A DNA stretch of 64,000 nt from Candidatus Marinacidobacterales bacterium (GCA_965237955.1 OZ250169.1:5408001-5472000); one strand, 5' to 3'; counted from the stretch's first letter, positions 52,738 through 64,000 are shown. Notes: generated from the letters alone by a model not told the origin. A program made the numbers and translations.

Positions 52738-54084
52738 ATGAAAATCTTTTTCGATCACATTGAGCTGTGGCTAAGCGGGGCGGCCTTGCTGATCGTCGTG
52801 ATCGTACCCTCCTTGATTGTTCCACCCGACGACGATATCTGGAAGGCGACGGCAATCACCGCCATCAGTGTAGGAACGCTTCATGGCATTATCTTTTGGG
52901 CAGTTCGCAGGCAGCGCCAACGAGCGGAGGAGATGCTTCGGCGCAGCGAAGAACGTGCTCGGCAATCGCAAAAAATGGAAGCCGTGGGCATCCTGGCGGG
53001 CGGCGTGGCCCACGATTTCAACAACCTTCTCTTGATCATCACGGGTCACAGCGACCTCCTTGCTCAGAGCCTCGCTGACGATTCAATGCGCGACAGCGCG
53101 AAGGAGATAGGCAAGGCCGCCGAGCGCGCGTCGTCGCTGACTCGTCGACTTCTTGCTTTTAGCCGCGGGCAAACGCTCGAGCCGAGAGTCGTGGAACTGA
53201 AGTCGCTCGTGAGAGGGATGAAAGAAATGGTGAGACGCCTGATTCGGGAGAGCATCGATCTCGAACTGGTCATCGATCCGCGGCCCGGACGAGTGAAGGC
53301 CGACCCCGGGCAGATCGAGCAAGTGATTATGAACCTGGTTGCCAACGCCGGAGACGCGATGCCGGGAGTTGGCACGCTGTCGATGGAAGTGGCAAACGTC
53401 GATTTCGACGACGGCGACGCCGTCGGGGTTCCGGCAGGCTCCTACGTCATGCTCGCAGTAAGCGACACTGGCTGTGGGATGGATGCAGAAACGCGGAGCC
53501 GAATTTTCGATCCGTTCTTCACTACCAAGAAGCAGCCCCAAAGGACGGGGCTCGGCCTTTCGACCGTCTATGGCATCATAAAGCAGAGCGGAGGAAACAT
53601 CACGGTCGACAGCGACCCCGGGCTAGGGACAACTTTCAAGGCGTTCTTGCCGCGGGTAGAAGAAACGGTCGATCACGCGCCGCGGTCGTCCGGTGCTGCG
53701 ATTGAGGGAGGCACGGAAACGGTCCTGCTGGTCGAAGATGAGTCGGCGGTTCGAGCGCTCATCCGCAAGGTTCTGTCCAGCAAGGGCTACACCGTTCTGG
53801 AAGCGGGCCATCCCGACGAAGCTCTCCGACTCGGAGAGAGTCACGAAGGCCCGATCCATTTGACTCTGACAGACATCGTGATGCCCGGTATGAACGGCCG
53901 GGAGTTGGCCAGACGTGTCATGTCCTCGCGCCAAGAGATGAAGGTGCTCTACATGTCGGGCTATTCACCGGACAGTCATCATGCCATGTTGGAGCCGGAC
54001 GGTGTCCTCCTTGCGAAGCCGTTTTCGCCGGAAGCCCTGCTTCGCAAAGTGCGCGACGTGCTGGATCTGAGCCCGAGAGAGTAG
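52738..54084 (+). CDS. Membrane hybrid histidine kinase/receiver (CckA-like)
   Basis: Two TM helices, AHDFNNLL, NLVANAGDAM, DTGCGM, FDPFFTTK, GLGLS; receiver LLVED, TDIVMP, AKPF. Confidence 0.93.
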   Translation: MKIFFDHIELWLSGAALLIVVIVPSLIVPPDDDIWKATAITAISVGTLHGIIFWAVRRQRQRAEEMLRRSEERARQSQKMEAVGILAGGVAHDFNNLLLIITGHSDLLAQSLADDSMRDSAKEIGKAAERASSLTRRLLAFSRGQTLEPRVVELKSLVRGMKEMVRRLIRESIDLELVIDPRPGRVKADPGQIEQVIMNLVANAGDAMPGVGTLSMEVANVDFDDGDAVGVPAGSYVMLAVSDTGCGMDAETRSRIFDPFFTTKKQPQRTGLGLSTVYGIIKQSGGNITVDSDPGLGTTFKAFLPRVEETVDHAPRSSGAAIEGGTETVLLVEDESAVRALIRKVLSSKGYTVLEAGHPDEALRLGESHEGPIHLTLTDIVMPGMNGRELARRVMSSRQEMKVLYMSGYSPDSHHAMLEPDGVLLAKPFSPEALLRKVRDVLDLSPRE

Positions 54085-54451
54085 CGGCGGCGCTGCGAAC
54101 CCGCCGGGTACCGGCTGTACCAAAGCTGCATCATCCTATTGCCGGTCCGCGGTCGGTGCTTAGAGGTCCGTCAACATCTCCGCGTGTTGCGTCTCCCAAT
54201 TCTGCGAAGATTCCTCCGAAAGCGTCTCGAGACGGGTTCAACTGGGGAAGACATGCGCCCGAAGGCGATACACGCGGAGAGGGGCTCTTCGGCCACGATG
54301 AGCCTGGGCGAAAGCGCGCGACGCCCATGTCATGGGTGATGACGATGGTCGTCGTCTGGCGTTAGCGATCGCCTCGATGTCGCCGAGCCAACCGCCCCTT
54401 GTTTGACACCCAGCCATGAGATAGTTTCTCAACCGACGGAAAGGAGACTTG

Positions 54452-54465
54452 TGTAAATAATTACA
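54452..54465. promoter_or_regulatory. Candidate sugar-regulator operator palindrome
   Basis: TGTAAATAATTACA (12 of 14 palindromic) about 60 bp upstream of the sugar cluster. Confidence 0.35.
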
Positions 54466-54522
54466 GGAGCCTTGGATAATTTCAACTAAGAAAGGACTTG
54501 ATTCCCAAAGGAGGCGAATATC

Positions 54523-54942
54523 ATGGAACGCGCAATCAGATCGATGGTTTTGATGATGACCGTCAGCATTCTAGGTGGCTGCGGACAACAAGCGACTGAA
54601 CAAGCGAAAAAGGAAATGAAACGGATCGGCATGGTAATCGGTATCAAACCGGATATGATCGAAGAATACAAAAGACTTCATTCAGATTCTAATCCTGGTG
54701 TCCGCGACTTGTTGAACGAATACCATATCCACAATTTATCCATATTTCTTCAGGAGATCGATGGCAAGTTCTATGAATTTGGCTATTACGAATATACCGG
54801 GGATGATTTTGAGAGAGATATGGCCAAGCTGGCTGCCGAACCTCGAAACATTGGATGGCTGAAGATCTGTGACCCAATGCAGATTCCGCTTCCCGGTTTG
54901 GAAAGCTGGGCGGAAATGGAGCAGGTATATTTCAACGAATAA
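54523..54942 (+). CDS. L-rhamnose/L-fucose mutarotase (RhaM/DUF718) with lipoprotein-like extension
   Basis: MKRIGMVIGIKP, EYKRLH, NLSIFL, YYEYTG, WAEMEQVY; N-terminal LGGC. Confidence 0.85.
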   Translation: MERAIRSMVLMMTVSILGGCGQQATEQAKKEMKRIGMVIGIKPDMIEEYKRLHSDSNPGVRDLLNEYHIHNLSIFLQEIDGKFYEFGYYEYTGDDFERDMAKLAAEPRNIGWLKICDPMQIPLPGLESWAEMEQVYFNE

Positions 54943-55001
54943 CTCTTGGCAAACGTATCTCGGGGCTGGTTTCTGATGACCGAATAAGAAAGAAGTCACT
55001 A

Positions 55002-56651
55002 ATGCAAAGTTCAGGAGTCACAATTCCAATTGTTGATCTCGTCATCGTTGCAGTTTATCTGCTTGGCATCATGACGATTGGTATTCTTGTGGGATACAAG
55101 AAAAGGGTCGGCAGTGAGGAGTTTTTTCTGGCAGGCAAATCATTGCGGTGGCCCATAATTGGGGCAGCACTGTTTACCGCCAATATCTCGACGATTCATT
55201 TGGTTGGCTTGGCTGCAGACGGATACAGAATCGGTCTGGTCGTCGGTAACTTTGAATGGATGGCTTCGTTTACGCTAATTATCCTCGGACTTGTTTTTGC
55301 CCCTTTCTATTTTCGAAGCAAGATCGGTACGTTGCCTGAATATCTTGAAAGGAGATACAGCAGTGATTCTCGTATGATTATGGCATTCACTACATTGTTG
55401 GGTGCTCTTTTGATCCACATTGGAATAAGCCTTTACGCTGGCGCAAAGGTTATGCAGCATTTCTTCGGAATCAACATCTATGTGTCCATCATTGTTATAG
55501 CAACCATTACCGCGACTTACACCATTATCGGGGGCCTCAAAGCAATCGTAGTTACCGACGCAATCCAGGCAGTCTTGTTGTTGGTCGGCACAGCAATCCT
55601 GACGCTAACCGCTATACTTACCCTGCCAGAGATCGGCATCCATTCCCTGTCACAATTCCAAGAAGCAATTAAGCTCGATCAAATGAGCATGGTCCATGAT
55701 TTCAAGAATAGCGTGACAGGTCATCTAAATGAATACTCGTGGGTTTCGGTCTTGCTCGGCTATCCGATTTTGGGCGTTTGGTATTGGTGTACGGATCAGA
55801 CGATTGTGCAGAAAGTACTTGGCGCTCGAAGTGAACGAGATGCACAGTATGGCGCCATTTTCGCAGGATTCCTCAAGATTTTGCCCGTCTTTCTAATGGT
55901 CTTTCCGGGTGTCTTAGGCTATTTGCTTTTCAAAAATCAGATCGTCGAGCCTAACGATACCTTGCTTGTCATGATGCAGAATCTGTTGCCCACTGGATTA
56001 AGGGGCTTGATGGCTGCTGCTCTGCTTGCAGCCTTGATGAGCACCATCGAGGCGGCTCTCAACAGCACGGCTTATGTTACTGCTGAAGACATTGTCAAGC
56101 GCATAAGACCGAAAACGAAGGACCGATCGCTTGTTTTGATCGGTCGAATAACTGCTGTTGTGGTTATCTTGTTGGCAATGGCGTGGTCAACTCAAGGAGG
56201 AAGATTTACTAGTATTTTCGTAGCAATCAATAAGATACCGATGATGTTTGCACCGGCGATTACCTGCGTTTTTGTTTGGGGAGTTTTTTGGCCTCGTGGA
56301 ACTAAACAAGCTGCCTTGGCGGCCCTCACCCTGGGATCAATTGCGGGGGGAGCGTATTTCCTAGTCGACTTGCCTGCTTTTGGTGATATCCAACTCGTTA
56401 CCGATCCTGAGAAAGGCTTGGGTATACCCTTCATGCAGGTTGGATGGTGGTTGTTCTGTTTCTGTAGTGTGGTTTATGTGATCGTTAGTCTTTTGACTCC
56501 AAAACCTGGTCGCGAACAGCTCGAGAATCTTTGCTGGGAACACCCATTCAGGGCCATCACTCAGAGTGAATCAAAGGGCATTAACGGTCCAGCAGTGGCG
56601 GCAGCCATCTTGTTTGTGACTGTGATTATCCTTTACACTATCTTTCGTTAG
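55002..56651 (+). CDS. Sodium:solute symporter (SSS), sugar type
   Basis: FFLAGKSL, NISTIHLVG, TLPEYLERRY, GGLKAIVVTD, WYWCTDQTIVQ, AALMST. Confidence 0.95.
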   Translation: MQSSGVTIPIVDLVIVAVYLLGIMTIGILVGYKKRVGSEEFFLAGKSLRWPIIGAALFTANISTIHLVGLAADGYRIGLVVGNFEWMASFTLIILGLVFAPFYFRSKIGTLPEYLERRYSSDSRMIMAFTTLLGALLIHIGISLYAGAKVMQHFFGINIYVSIIVIATITATYTIIGGLKAIVVTDAIQAVLLLVGTAILTLTAILTLPEIGIHSLSQFQEAIKLDQMSMVHDFKNSVTGHLNEYSWVSVLLGYPILGVWYWCTDQTIVQKVLGARSERDAQYGAIFAGFLKILPVFLMVFPGVLGYLLFKNQIVEPNDTLLVMMQNLLPTGLRGLMAAALLAALMSTIEAALNSTAYVTAEDIVKRIRPKTKDRSLVLIGRITAVVVILLAMAWSTQGGRFTSIFVAINKIPMMFAPAITCVFVWGVFWPRGTKQAALAALTLGSIAGGAYFLVDLPAFGDIQLVTDPEKGLGIPFMQVGWWLFCFCSVVYVIVSLLTPKPGREQLENLCWEHPFRAITQSESKGINGPAVAAAILFVTVIILYTIFR

Positions 56652-56925
56652 AACAATTCTCTGAAAGACAAGAGCACTATCATGCGACAGGCAATCATGG
56701 TTGAACCGGGGAGTTGGTATGAGAATGACACTCAAGGATGTCAAAATGCCTGAAGAGCAAATTCCAGCTCTGGCTAAGCAGAGTATGGTTTTACCTGATT
56801 ACAAGGGAAATCCGCGTGTGGCAACTGAAGAGGAAATGTTGGCCCTGATCGAGCAGGCATATTTTGGAATTTGACTGGAAGAAACAACCTGTTCGGGGTC
56901 GTTGCAGAAAAGGGGCAGGGCAGAA

Positions 56926-58461
56926 ATGTTAAGAAAGTCGATTGAATTGGCAGCGATATTGACCGTAGTGATAGTGACAACAGGTTTGCTTACCGGCTGT
57001 AAAAATGACCCCGTGATCGAGGAATCCTATAAACCTACCTGGAGATCTCTAAAACGCTATCCAATCCCGCAGTGGCTAAAAGACGGCAAGTTTGGAATTT
57101 ATACGCATTGGGGAATCTATTCGGTACCTGCCCTGGGTCCCAATGGTACCGGCTATGGCCCTGCTATTTATGCGGGTGAAGATTCCGAACAGTATAAACA
57201 CCATGTGGAAACCTACGGTCCTCTTTCGGAATTCGGATACAAGGACTTCATACCTATGTTCAAGGCGGAGAAGTTCGATGCTGACGAATGGGCAGAGCTT
57301 TTTGAAAAGTCAGGCGCCAAATTCGCCGGTCCAGTCGTAGAGCACCACGATGGCTTCGCAATGTGGGATACCAAGTACTCAGAGTGGAATGCTGCGAAGA
57401 TGGGACCGAAAAGAGATGTCGTCGCGGAGTTAGAAAAAGCCATCAAGAAGCGCGACATGAAGTTTGTGACGACATTCCACCATGCCACGAACTGGACTTA
57501 CTTTCCTGTCTGGGACGAGAGCTGCGACTGTTCCGATCCACGGTATTCAGGATTATACGGCCAGATACACGAGAGAGGAGAAAAGCCCAGCAAGGAGTAC
57601 CTAGATGAATGGCACGGAAAAATAATAGAAGTTATAGATAAATATGATCCGGACCTTATATGGTTTGATGGTGGTCTGGCTGGAATAAGGGACGATTATC
57701 ACAAGAACTTTCTGGCCTATTTTTATAACAAATCCGTTGAGCGCGGCAAGGAAGTTGTCGCATCCTACAAAACTCATGATTTTCCGCCTGGCGTTGGTAT
57801 CCAGGACATAGGTGGGATGATGCCTGAGTTGACACATCACATGTGGATGACGGATACCTCTGTGGATGACCCAGCCGCATGGTCTTACACTAAGAACGCG
57901 GGCTTCAAATCGGTAAATACGCTAGTGGATAACCTGGTGGATAGAGTCAGTAAGAATGGATTTCTTTTACTCAACGTTGGTCCCAAACCTGATGGAACAA
58001 TCCCTGAAGAGGCCAAGGAACGTCTGCTGGGGATAGGCGAGTGGCTGAAGGTAAACGGCGAAGCGATTTACGGTACCACGGCGTGGATAAAATATGGAGA
58101 AGGTCCTGCTCATGCCCCTCTGCCCAGAGGCTACTGGGTAGGGGACTACGTCGAATTTCAGAAGAAGCGAAAGAGAGTCCAACTTACAGCTCAGGACATC
58201 AGATTTACCGTTAAGGATAACGTCATATACGCGATTTCTCTTGATTGGCCAAGCGATGAGGTGACAATCAAATACCTGGCTGGCGAAGACGATTATGTTG
58301 GATTGTATGAATCAGAGATTAAATCCGTAAAGATGCTTGGTGTTGATGAAGAACTGGAATGGAAAATGACTGAAGACGGCCTCACAATCAAACCCCCGGA
58401 CAAAAAACCTTGCGAGCATGCTTTCACCTTCAAGATTGAACGCAAAGCATTGAGTCTATAG
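56926..58461 (+). CDS. Alpha-L-fucosidase (GH29), lipoprotein
   Basis: KFGIYTHWGIYSVP, EHHDGFAMW, LIWFDG, SKNGFLLLNVGP, NGEAIYGT; lipobox LTGC. Confidence 0.95.
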   Translation: MLRKSIELAAILTVVIVTTGLLTGCKNDPVIEESYKPTWRSLKRYPIPQWLKDGKFGIYTHWGIYSVPALGPNGTGYGPAIYAGEDSEQYKHHVETYGPLSEFGYKDFIPMFKAEKFDADEWAELFEKSGAKFAGPVVEHHDGFAMWDTKYSEWNAAKMGPKRDVVAELEKAIKKRDMKFVTTFHHATNWTYFPVWDESCDCSDPRYSGLYGQIHERGEKPSKEYLDEWHGKIIEVIDKYDPDLIWFDGGLAGIRDDYHKNFLAYFYNKSVERGKEVVASYKTHDFPPGVGIQDIGGMMPELTHHMWMTDTSVDDPAAWSYTKNAGFKSVNTLVDNLVDRVSKNGFLLLNVGPKPDGTIPEEAKERLLGIGEWLKVNGEAIYGTTAWIKYGEGPAHAPLPRGYWVGDYVEFQKKRKRVQLTAQDIRFTVKDNVIYAISLDWPSDEVTIKYLAGEDDYVGLYESEIKSVKMLGVDEELEWKMTEDGLTIKPPDKKPCEHAFTFKIERKALSL

Positions 58462-58506
58462 GCTACTTTGGTGAACAAGGGCCAGCGACGGCCACCGCCA
58501 CGTGAA

Positions 58507-58557
58507 CCTCTCCCTTGGGGAGAGGTCGAGCGAGCGCAGCTCACCCGGGTGAGGGTC
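58507..58557. repeat. REP-like palindromes
   Basis: CCTCTCCCTTGGGGAGAGG and CTCACCCGGGTGAG. Confidence 0.5.
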
Positions 58558-58659
58558 GCCGAATTAACTGGCACGAAGCGTCCCGCGCGGAGCAATCGGA
58601 GCTCCTCTCGGCCGTGACCAATCGCCCGTGAAGCGATCCTCGCAAAGCATCGACCCCAA

Positions 58660-58926
58660 GGCTTCATGGGCCTCAACTTGGCCCACGGCGGAGAGCATCA
58701 TTCCCAATAGCTCTCGCACGCTGAAGTTCTCGAGGCCGGCAGCGAGGAGGCGGTCGATTTCGTCGTCGAGAGTCTTGGACAGGGAGTTTTGTGATAACGT
58801 TGGGTTTGGGATCTGAAGGCATTGCTTGTTCCTTTCAAGTAAATGGGTCCTTGCCGCAAGGTGGCAGCCTTGGGGCTTTTCTTTTTGGCTCGCGCTTGCG
58901 AGCCACTCCCACGCAGTGTATCTCCG
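58660..58926 (-). mobile_element. Left-end remnant of an IS256 type C relative
   Basis: Homologous to about 29680-29938 (MPSDPK..., ACGCAGTGTATCTCCG). Confidence 0.8.
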
Positions 58927-60922
58927 GAGTCGATCCGATCGGACAGCAACTGAGAGTTCGACCGCTCGGTACGGAGAATCCCTACGCCGTCGTTGTCGGC
59001 GTCGTCGGCCACGTGCGGCTTCACGACCTCACGAGACCACTCTTGCCGCAAATCTACAGGCCTCTCTCCCCGGGCCTCAACTACAAGCGTAGCCCTGCGA
59101 ACGACCGGAGATCCGAAATCCCTGGCGCCTCTGGTTCGCGACGAGATCAAGACAATGAGCCCCGGTGCGGCGATCCAAGACATGCTTCTGATGGAGGAGC
59201 TCGTCTCGAAAGCCGGATCTGTCCCGGGTTCCGTGGAAATAAGAATGGCGTAACCTCCGGTTAACCAAAATCAAAACCGCGCCTGAAAAGGCGAGGAGGA
59301 GGATTACGCCATGAAGAAGCCTACCACCATATCCAAGGAGTCTGTAAGCGAGTACCGGGAGTTCGTCCAGCTTCGGTTGCGCAAGCGGGTACTGGAGGCG
59401 ATCGAGGTTGTGCTCGAGGAGGAAGTGGACCAAGCGCTGGGTTGTGTTAGCTACGAGCGTTCGGAAGGACGCCGTGGTTATCGCAACGGCGCCGAGACCC
59501 GCCGCGTGACGACATCGGTGGGAACACGCGAGCTGCGAGTGCCACGAGCCCGTGTGCGAGACGAGGAAACGGGAGAGACGACGGAGTTCAAAAGCGAGCT
59601 GTTGCCCCGGTACGCGCGCCGCACTCGTGAGGTCGACGAGGTGATCTTGGGGACATACTTGTCGGGCGCGAACAGCCGTCGGATCCGCAGGGCGCTGAAA
59701 CCGCTGCTTGGTGAAGAGCACTTATCGAAAAGCGCGGTGTCTCGCGTGGTTAGCCGACTAAAAGAGCGCTTCGAAGAATGGCAGAGCCGTGACCTGAAGT
59801 CTACGCGATCGTTTACCTGGACGGCTTCCACCTGAAGGTGCGGATGGCGAAGCGTGTGATCAGCGTGCCTGTGCTGGCAGCGCTCGGGGTCTCGCCAGAC
59901 GGGCAGAAACGTCTGTTGTCGTTGCGTCTGGCAGTGAGCGAATCCTCGACGCATTGGGGCTCCGCGCTGGAAGGACTCCAGGCCCGAGGACTACGGGCTC
60001 CCAAGCTGGTGATCAGCGACGGCCACAAGGGGCTGACGAAGGCGCTCGAGAAGTGGCCGGAGTGCCGGTTGCAGCGATGTACGGAGCACAAGCGCGCCAA
60101 CTTGCTCGAACATTGCCCGGCGCACGCACGCCGCGAGCTCCGGCGTGACTACAACCGGATTGTCTACAGCAAAAACGGTATCGATGCTCGCAAAGCCTAT
60201 GACAAGCTCGTCGCCAAGTGGACGCCTCTCGCGCCGGCCGTCGTCCGAAGCCTAGAGGAGGCCGGCAATCAGCTGCTGACCTTCTACGAATTCCCTCGTG
60301 CCATGTGGAAATCGATTCGCACGACCAATGCTCTGGAGAATCTCAACCGCGAGTTTCGACGCCGGACGAAAACCCAAGCGTCGTTCTCCAGTGAGGAGTC
60401 CGCGGTCGCTTTGCTGTTTGGGCTTATCGCCTCTGGCCAGATTCAACTACGACGCATCGACGGCTACCAACGTCTGAGCGAGGTTCTCGAACACGCGGAG
60501 GTTGCCGCTTGATCTGATACCCTGATGACGGAGTCGAGGTGCGCTGTTCTTTTTCCACGGACCTCGGGACACATCCCGAAAGCCCGTGCCCAAGCGCGGC
60601 TGAGCCTCGTATTGATGATCGCGTTCGGAGTCTTCGCCGTCGTGCTCGCTTCGGTGGGTCTGTTCGGTGTGATCCCTACGCTGTGAGCACCCGCAAGGTC
60701 GAGCTTGGAATCCGCATAGCGCTCGGCGCGAGCTCGGCCGTCATTCGAAAGGGAATCTCGCCGAAGGCGGGCGTCTCGTTCTCACCGGCATCCCGCTCGG
60801 TTTCCTGGGGGCGGCGGTGCTCGCGCATTTGATGGGAGGCCTGTTACGGAGTCGCTCCCGTCGACCCCATCACCTACGCGTCTGTTGCTTTGACGCTCGG
60901 CGCCGTGGCGCTCGCCGGCTGC
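58927..60922 (+). pseudogene. ADOP/MacB-FtsX ABC permease C-terminal remnant, split by IS256
   Basis: DPIGQQLR, VVGVVGHVR, VLASVGLFGV, ELGIRIALGA, VDPITYAS. Confidence 0.75.
59215..60576 (+). mobile_element. IS256-family type A, copy 4 (diverged, frameshifted near 59795)
   Basis: TSD CGAAAGCC at 59207-14 and 60577-84; 7-bp deletion relative to the other copies. Confidence 0.92.
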
Positions 60923-63900
60923 TGTCCCCCGCCCCACGATTTCTTTGGACAGTGATTTGAGAGAATACCGAACAGGAGGATCACGATGTCCAGAGGAAGA
61001 AATATAGGGTTCTCCTGTCGTTTCGGGGGATCTGATTTGTGTTGGAGGGCATGGCCTATGGACGCTGCCGCGATTGTGGAAAACGCCGAAAACTCCGGGC
61101 GAGAGAGGCGTTTAGGGAAAGGTTGTGAGCACGTACAAACGTGGAGCGGCGTTTTCCACAATCGCTTGGAAAACGCTTCGCGTTTCCCACGAGCGCCCAC
61201 AGGCCCCTCCTGATATATATACAAGAAAGATTAATTCATATGGAATAAGGAAGGGGGGGCTCGATTAGTGGAGGCTATAGAAAACGCCCTTCCAGGCTTC
61301 GAAGAGAACTCAGTCGTGAGCAAGGTCTGAACGACCAGAACCGTGGGGGCGTTTCCCACAGCCTCGTCTCCCGCTGAGGGGCAGTGGCATTTGGTGAGGC
61401 CCGTGGGTTGAGAGGGTAAGCCATGTGTAGATGCGCATCGGCGAGAACGCTAGAATCTTTTTTTTCCGAAAGAGAAAAGAGCGTTCCCGCGATGCGCGTT
61501 ACTACGTTAGTCAACAAGCTCATCGGATTGCAAGGCCTGTGGGTCCGAGGTTTCCACTTCCAGGCGGACAAAGCCAGAGTGGTGGTGGATGTAGTACCAC
61601 GGAGGAGGAAGCCTCTGTGCGGGATTTGCGGACGAAAGGTCCGCAAGAACAAAGATCGCTACAATCGCTACTGGCGGCACTTGGACCTGTTCGGAGTCCG
61701 GACCTATCTTCGCTACTCGATCCGACGAGTGGTATGTCGGCGGTGTGGAGTGGTCAGAGAAAAGGTGCCTTGGGCAGACAAGGGAAGCCGCTTTACCAAA
61801 AGCTTCGAACAAGAGGTAGCGTGGCTGGCACAGAGGACGGACGTCAGCGCCGTAGCGAACTATTTCCGAGTGACGTGGCGTTCGGTGCGACGGATCATCC
61901 AGCGAGTGGTTGCCGAGCAGCGGGATGAGCGGCGCGAGCTCGATGGATTGCGGGTGATTGGGATGGACGAGATCAGCTACCGCAAACGCCACAAGTACTT
62001 AACAGTGGTAATAGACCATCTCAGCGGCCGGGTCGTCTGGGCGGGAAAGGAGCGCAAGGCCAAGACGCTGCTGCGGTTTTTCCGCAAGCTCGGACCACAA
62101 AGAGCCGCGGAGCTCGAAGCGGTCAGCATGGACATGTGGGAGCCGTACATAACTGTCGTCGGCAAAAAGGCTCCTCAGGCACGGGTGATCTTTGACCGCT
62201 TCCACATCGTCAAGCATCTGAACGAGGCCGTGGATAAGACCCGGCGCGAGCTGGTGCGCGAGCTCAAAGGGACTGCCCGGCGCAACCTCAAGAACACCAA
62301 GTTTCCCCTTCTCAAGGCCAAACACAACCGCAGCGCGAAAGACAAACGGGTGCTCCGCGAGCAGGTGCGAGCTAATCGTCGCCTCTACCGCGCCATGCTT
62401 CTGCGCGACGACTTCATGGACCTCTACACCTACAAAACCGAGACATGGGCCAAGAAGTTTCTCCGAGGATGGCTGCGGCGCGCTATGAGCTCGAGGATAG
62501 AGCCCGTCAAACGCGCGGCGAAGATGATCCGCAGCCACTTCGATGGCGTCATCGCGTGGGTCACGTGGAGACTCAGCAACGGCCGACTCGAAGGAATGAA
62601 CAACAAAATCAGGCTGCTGAGCCACCGCAGCTTTGGACTCCACTCTGCCGAAGCTCTCATCAGTCTCGTCTACCTAAACTGTGGCGGTCTCACCCTCGAG
62701 AGGATCCACTGAAATGGCAGGAGAGGCAAATATAGAATCGAGGGCGGCGCAAGGAGCCCGTAGGGCGACCGAAGCGGCCCCGGATTCAGCGCGACGCGGG
62801 AAGGTCCGTTGGTCGGCCCGGCGGAAGGTAACGGTGGTGCTAGAGCTAATGCGTGGCGTCGAACTGGAGGCGACGAGCCGGAAGTACGCAGTGACGGCGG
62901 CGACACTGACGAGTTGGCGCGATGCGTTTCTGCAAGGAGGCGAGGACGGGCTGAAGAGCCGGACGAGGGAGGTGGCGGACGAGGAGAAGAAGACGCTGAA
63001 GTCCGCAGTGACCGGTCTGGTGATGGACAACGAGCTGTTGAAGGAACGCATCCGGCAGCTGGAGGATGAGAACCCTTTTCTACGATGGAGGTCGAACAGA
63101 TGAGCCGGACCAAGTCGCCCTCCACCGGAACGCCGTATGGTCTGGCCCGTGTCTTGGGGGCCTGGGGCGTGCCCCGGTCGACGTACTATTGGCAACGGAC
63201 TCGGCGGCACAATCCGCTCGAGGCACGCAAGCGCGGACCGAAGACCGCGTTCAGCGACAAGGAACTGACCGAACGGCTCCGGCAGGAGATCGCGGCCTCG
63301 CCGTTTACCGGAGAAGGCCATCGTAAATTCTGGGCCCGGCTCCGGATCGCGGGTGTCCGGACCTCGAAGGCCCGGGTCCTGCGCTTGATGCGGGACGCGC
63401 AGCTGCTGGCGCCCCAGCGGCAAGCGGCGCCCGTCGCCGAGAAGGTGCATACCGGAACCATCGTGACCGAGCGCCCGAATCAGATGTGGGGCATTGACGC
63501 CACGGCCACCGTGACGATCGAGGAGGGCCAGGTCACCGTGTTCGCCGCAGTCGATCATTGCACTGCGGAGTGTGTCGGCATCCATGCGGTCAAACGGGCG
63601 ACTCGTTTTGAGGCCCTGGACCCGATCCGGCAAGGCGTTAACGAGCACTTCGGTGGCTTTCACGCCCGTGGCGCGACAGGACTCCAGCTTCGCCACGATC
63701 ACGGATCGCAGTTCATGAGCGATGACTTTCAGAACGAAATCCGGTTCCTCGGGATCGAGTTCTCGCCCGCCTTCGTCCGTGAACCCGAGGGCAACGGCTG
63801 CATCGAACGTTTTTTCAAAACGCTCAAGGAACAATTGCTCTGGGTTCGCCACTTCCGTTCCATATCGGAACTGGTTCACGCCCTTCAGGAGTTCCGCGCT

Positions 63901-64000
63901 CTCTACAACCGATCCTGGTTGATCGAGCGCCTTGGATTTCAATCTCCGATTCAGGCGCGAGAACGTCTTGCGCTCGAACCGGCTGCTTGATTATGGTGGG
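60923..64000 (+). mobile_element. IS3-family element (orfA starts 60986, split by ISL3, resumes to 63103; orfB 63100..63990)
   Basis: Begins TGTCCCCC; removing ISL3 restores MSRGRNIESRAAQG...WSARRK; orfB WGIDAT, HDHGSQF, NGCIERFF. Confidence 0.9.
61008..62727 (+). mobile_element. ISL3-family element, copy 2 (transposase 61492..62712)
   Basis: TSD AAATATAG at 61000-07 and 62728-35. Confidence 0.95.

Noticed and set aside
4904-62727. Composite transposon bounded by the two ISL3 copies
   Set aside because: Each copy has its own matching TSD, so they are independent insertions.
1-64000. tRNA, rRNA, integron attC arrays, retron or reverse transcriptase genes
   Set aside because: None recognised by eye; a tRNAscan/Infernal/IntegronFinder run would be needed to exclude them fully.

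Overview
High-GC bacterial chromosome segment, probably Acidobacteriota (inferred from an ADOP-type permease remnant, a CRTAC1/ASPIC-UnbV gene and the repeat style). About 1-12.8 kb is largely intact housekeeping and envelope DNA: PBP1B, pyruvate kinase, a GT2, cystathionine beta-synthase, and a DUF3298 lipoprotein / Tat D-amino-acid oxidase / diheme cytochrome c operon, with one ISL3. From 12.8 kb to the end is an insertion-sequence graveyard of roughly 20 complete, nested or broken elements (ISL3 x2, five IS256 types, IS21 x3, IS630, IS5, IS3, IS91-like, and a DDE integrase element). These are mixed with lower-GC cargo (UbiD, UbiX, a TRAP transporter, LysR, a fucose-use cluster) and many gene fragments. 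The most striking feature is a 2575-bp large-serine-recombinase element inside an IS91-like transposase gene. Its reconstructed excised circle is 100% coding: joining attP supplies the start codon of the accessory gene, giving two ORFs each coupled to the other by an ATGA overlap. The second highlight is a structured leader in ISL3 whose stem mismatches all become G-U pairs on the antisense strand. No rRNA, tRNA or CRISPR array was seen. All calls are by eye; no searches were run.
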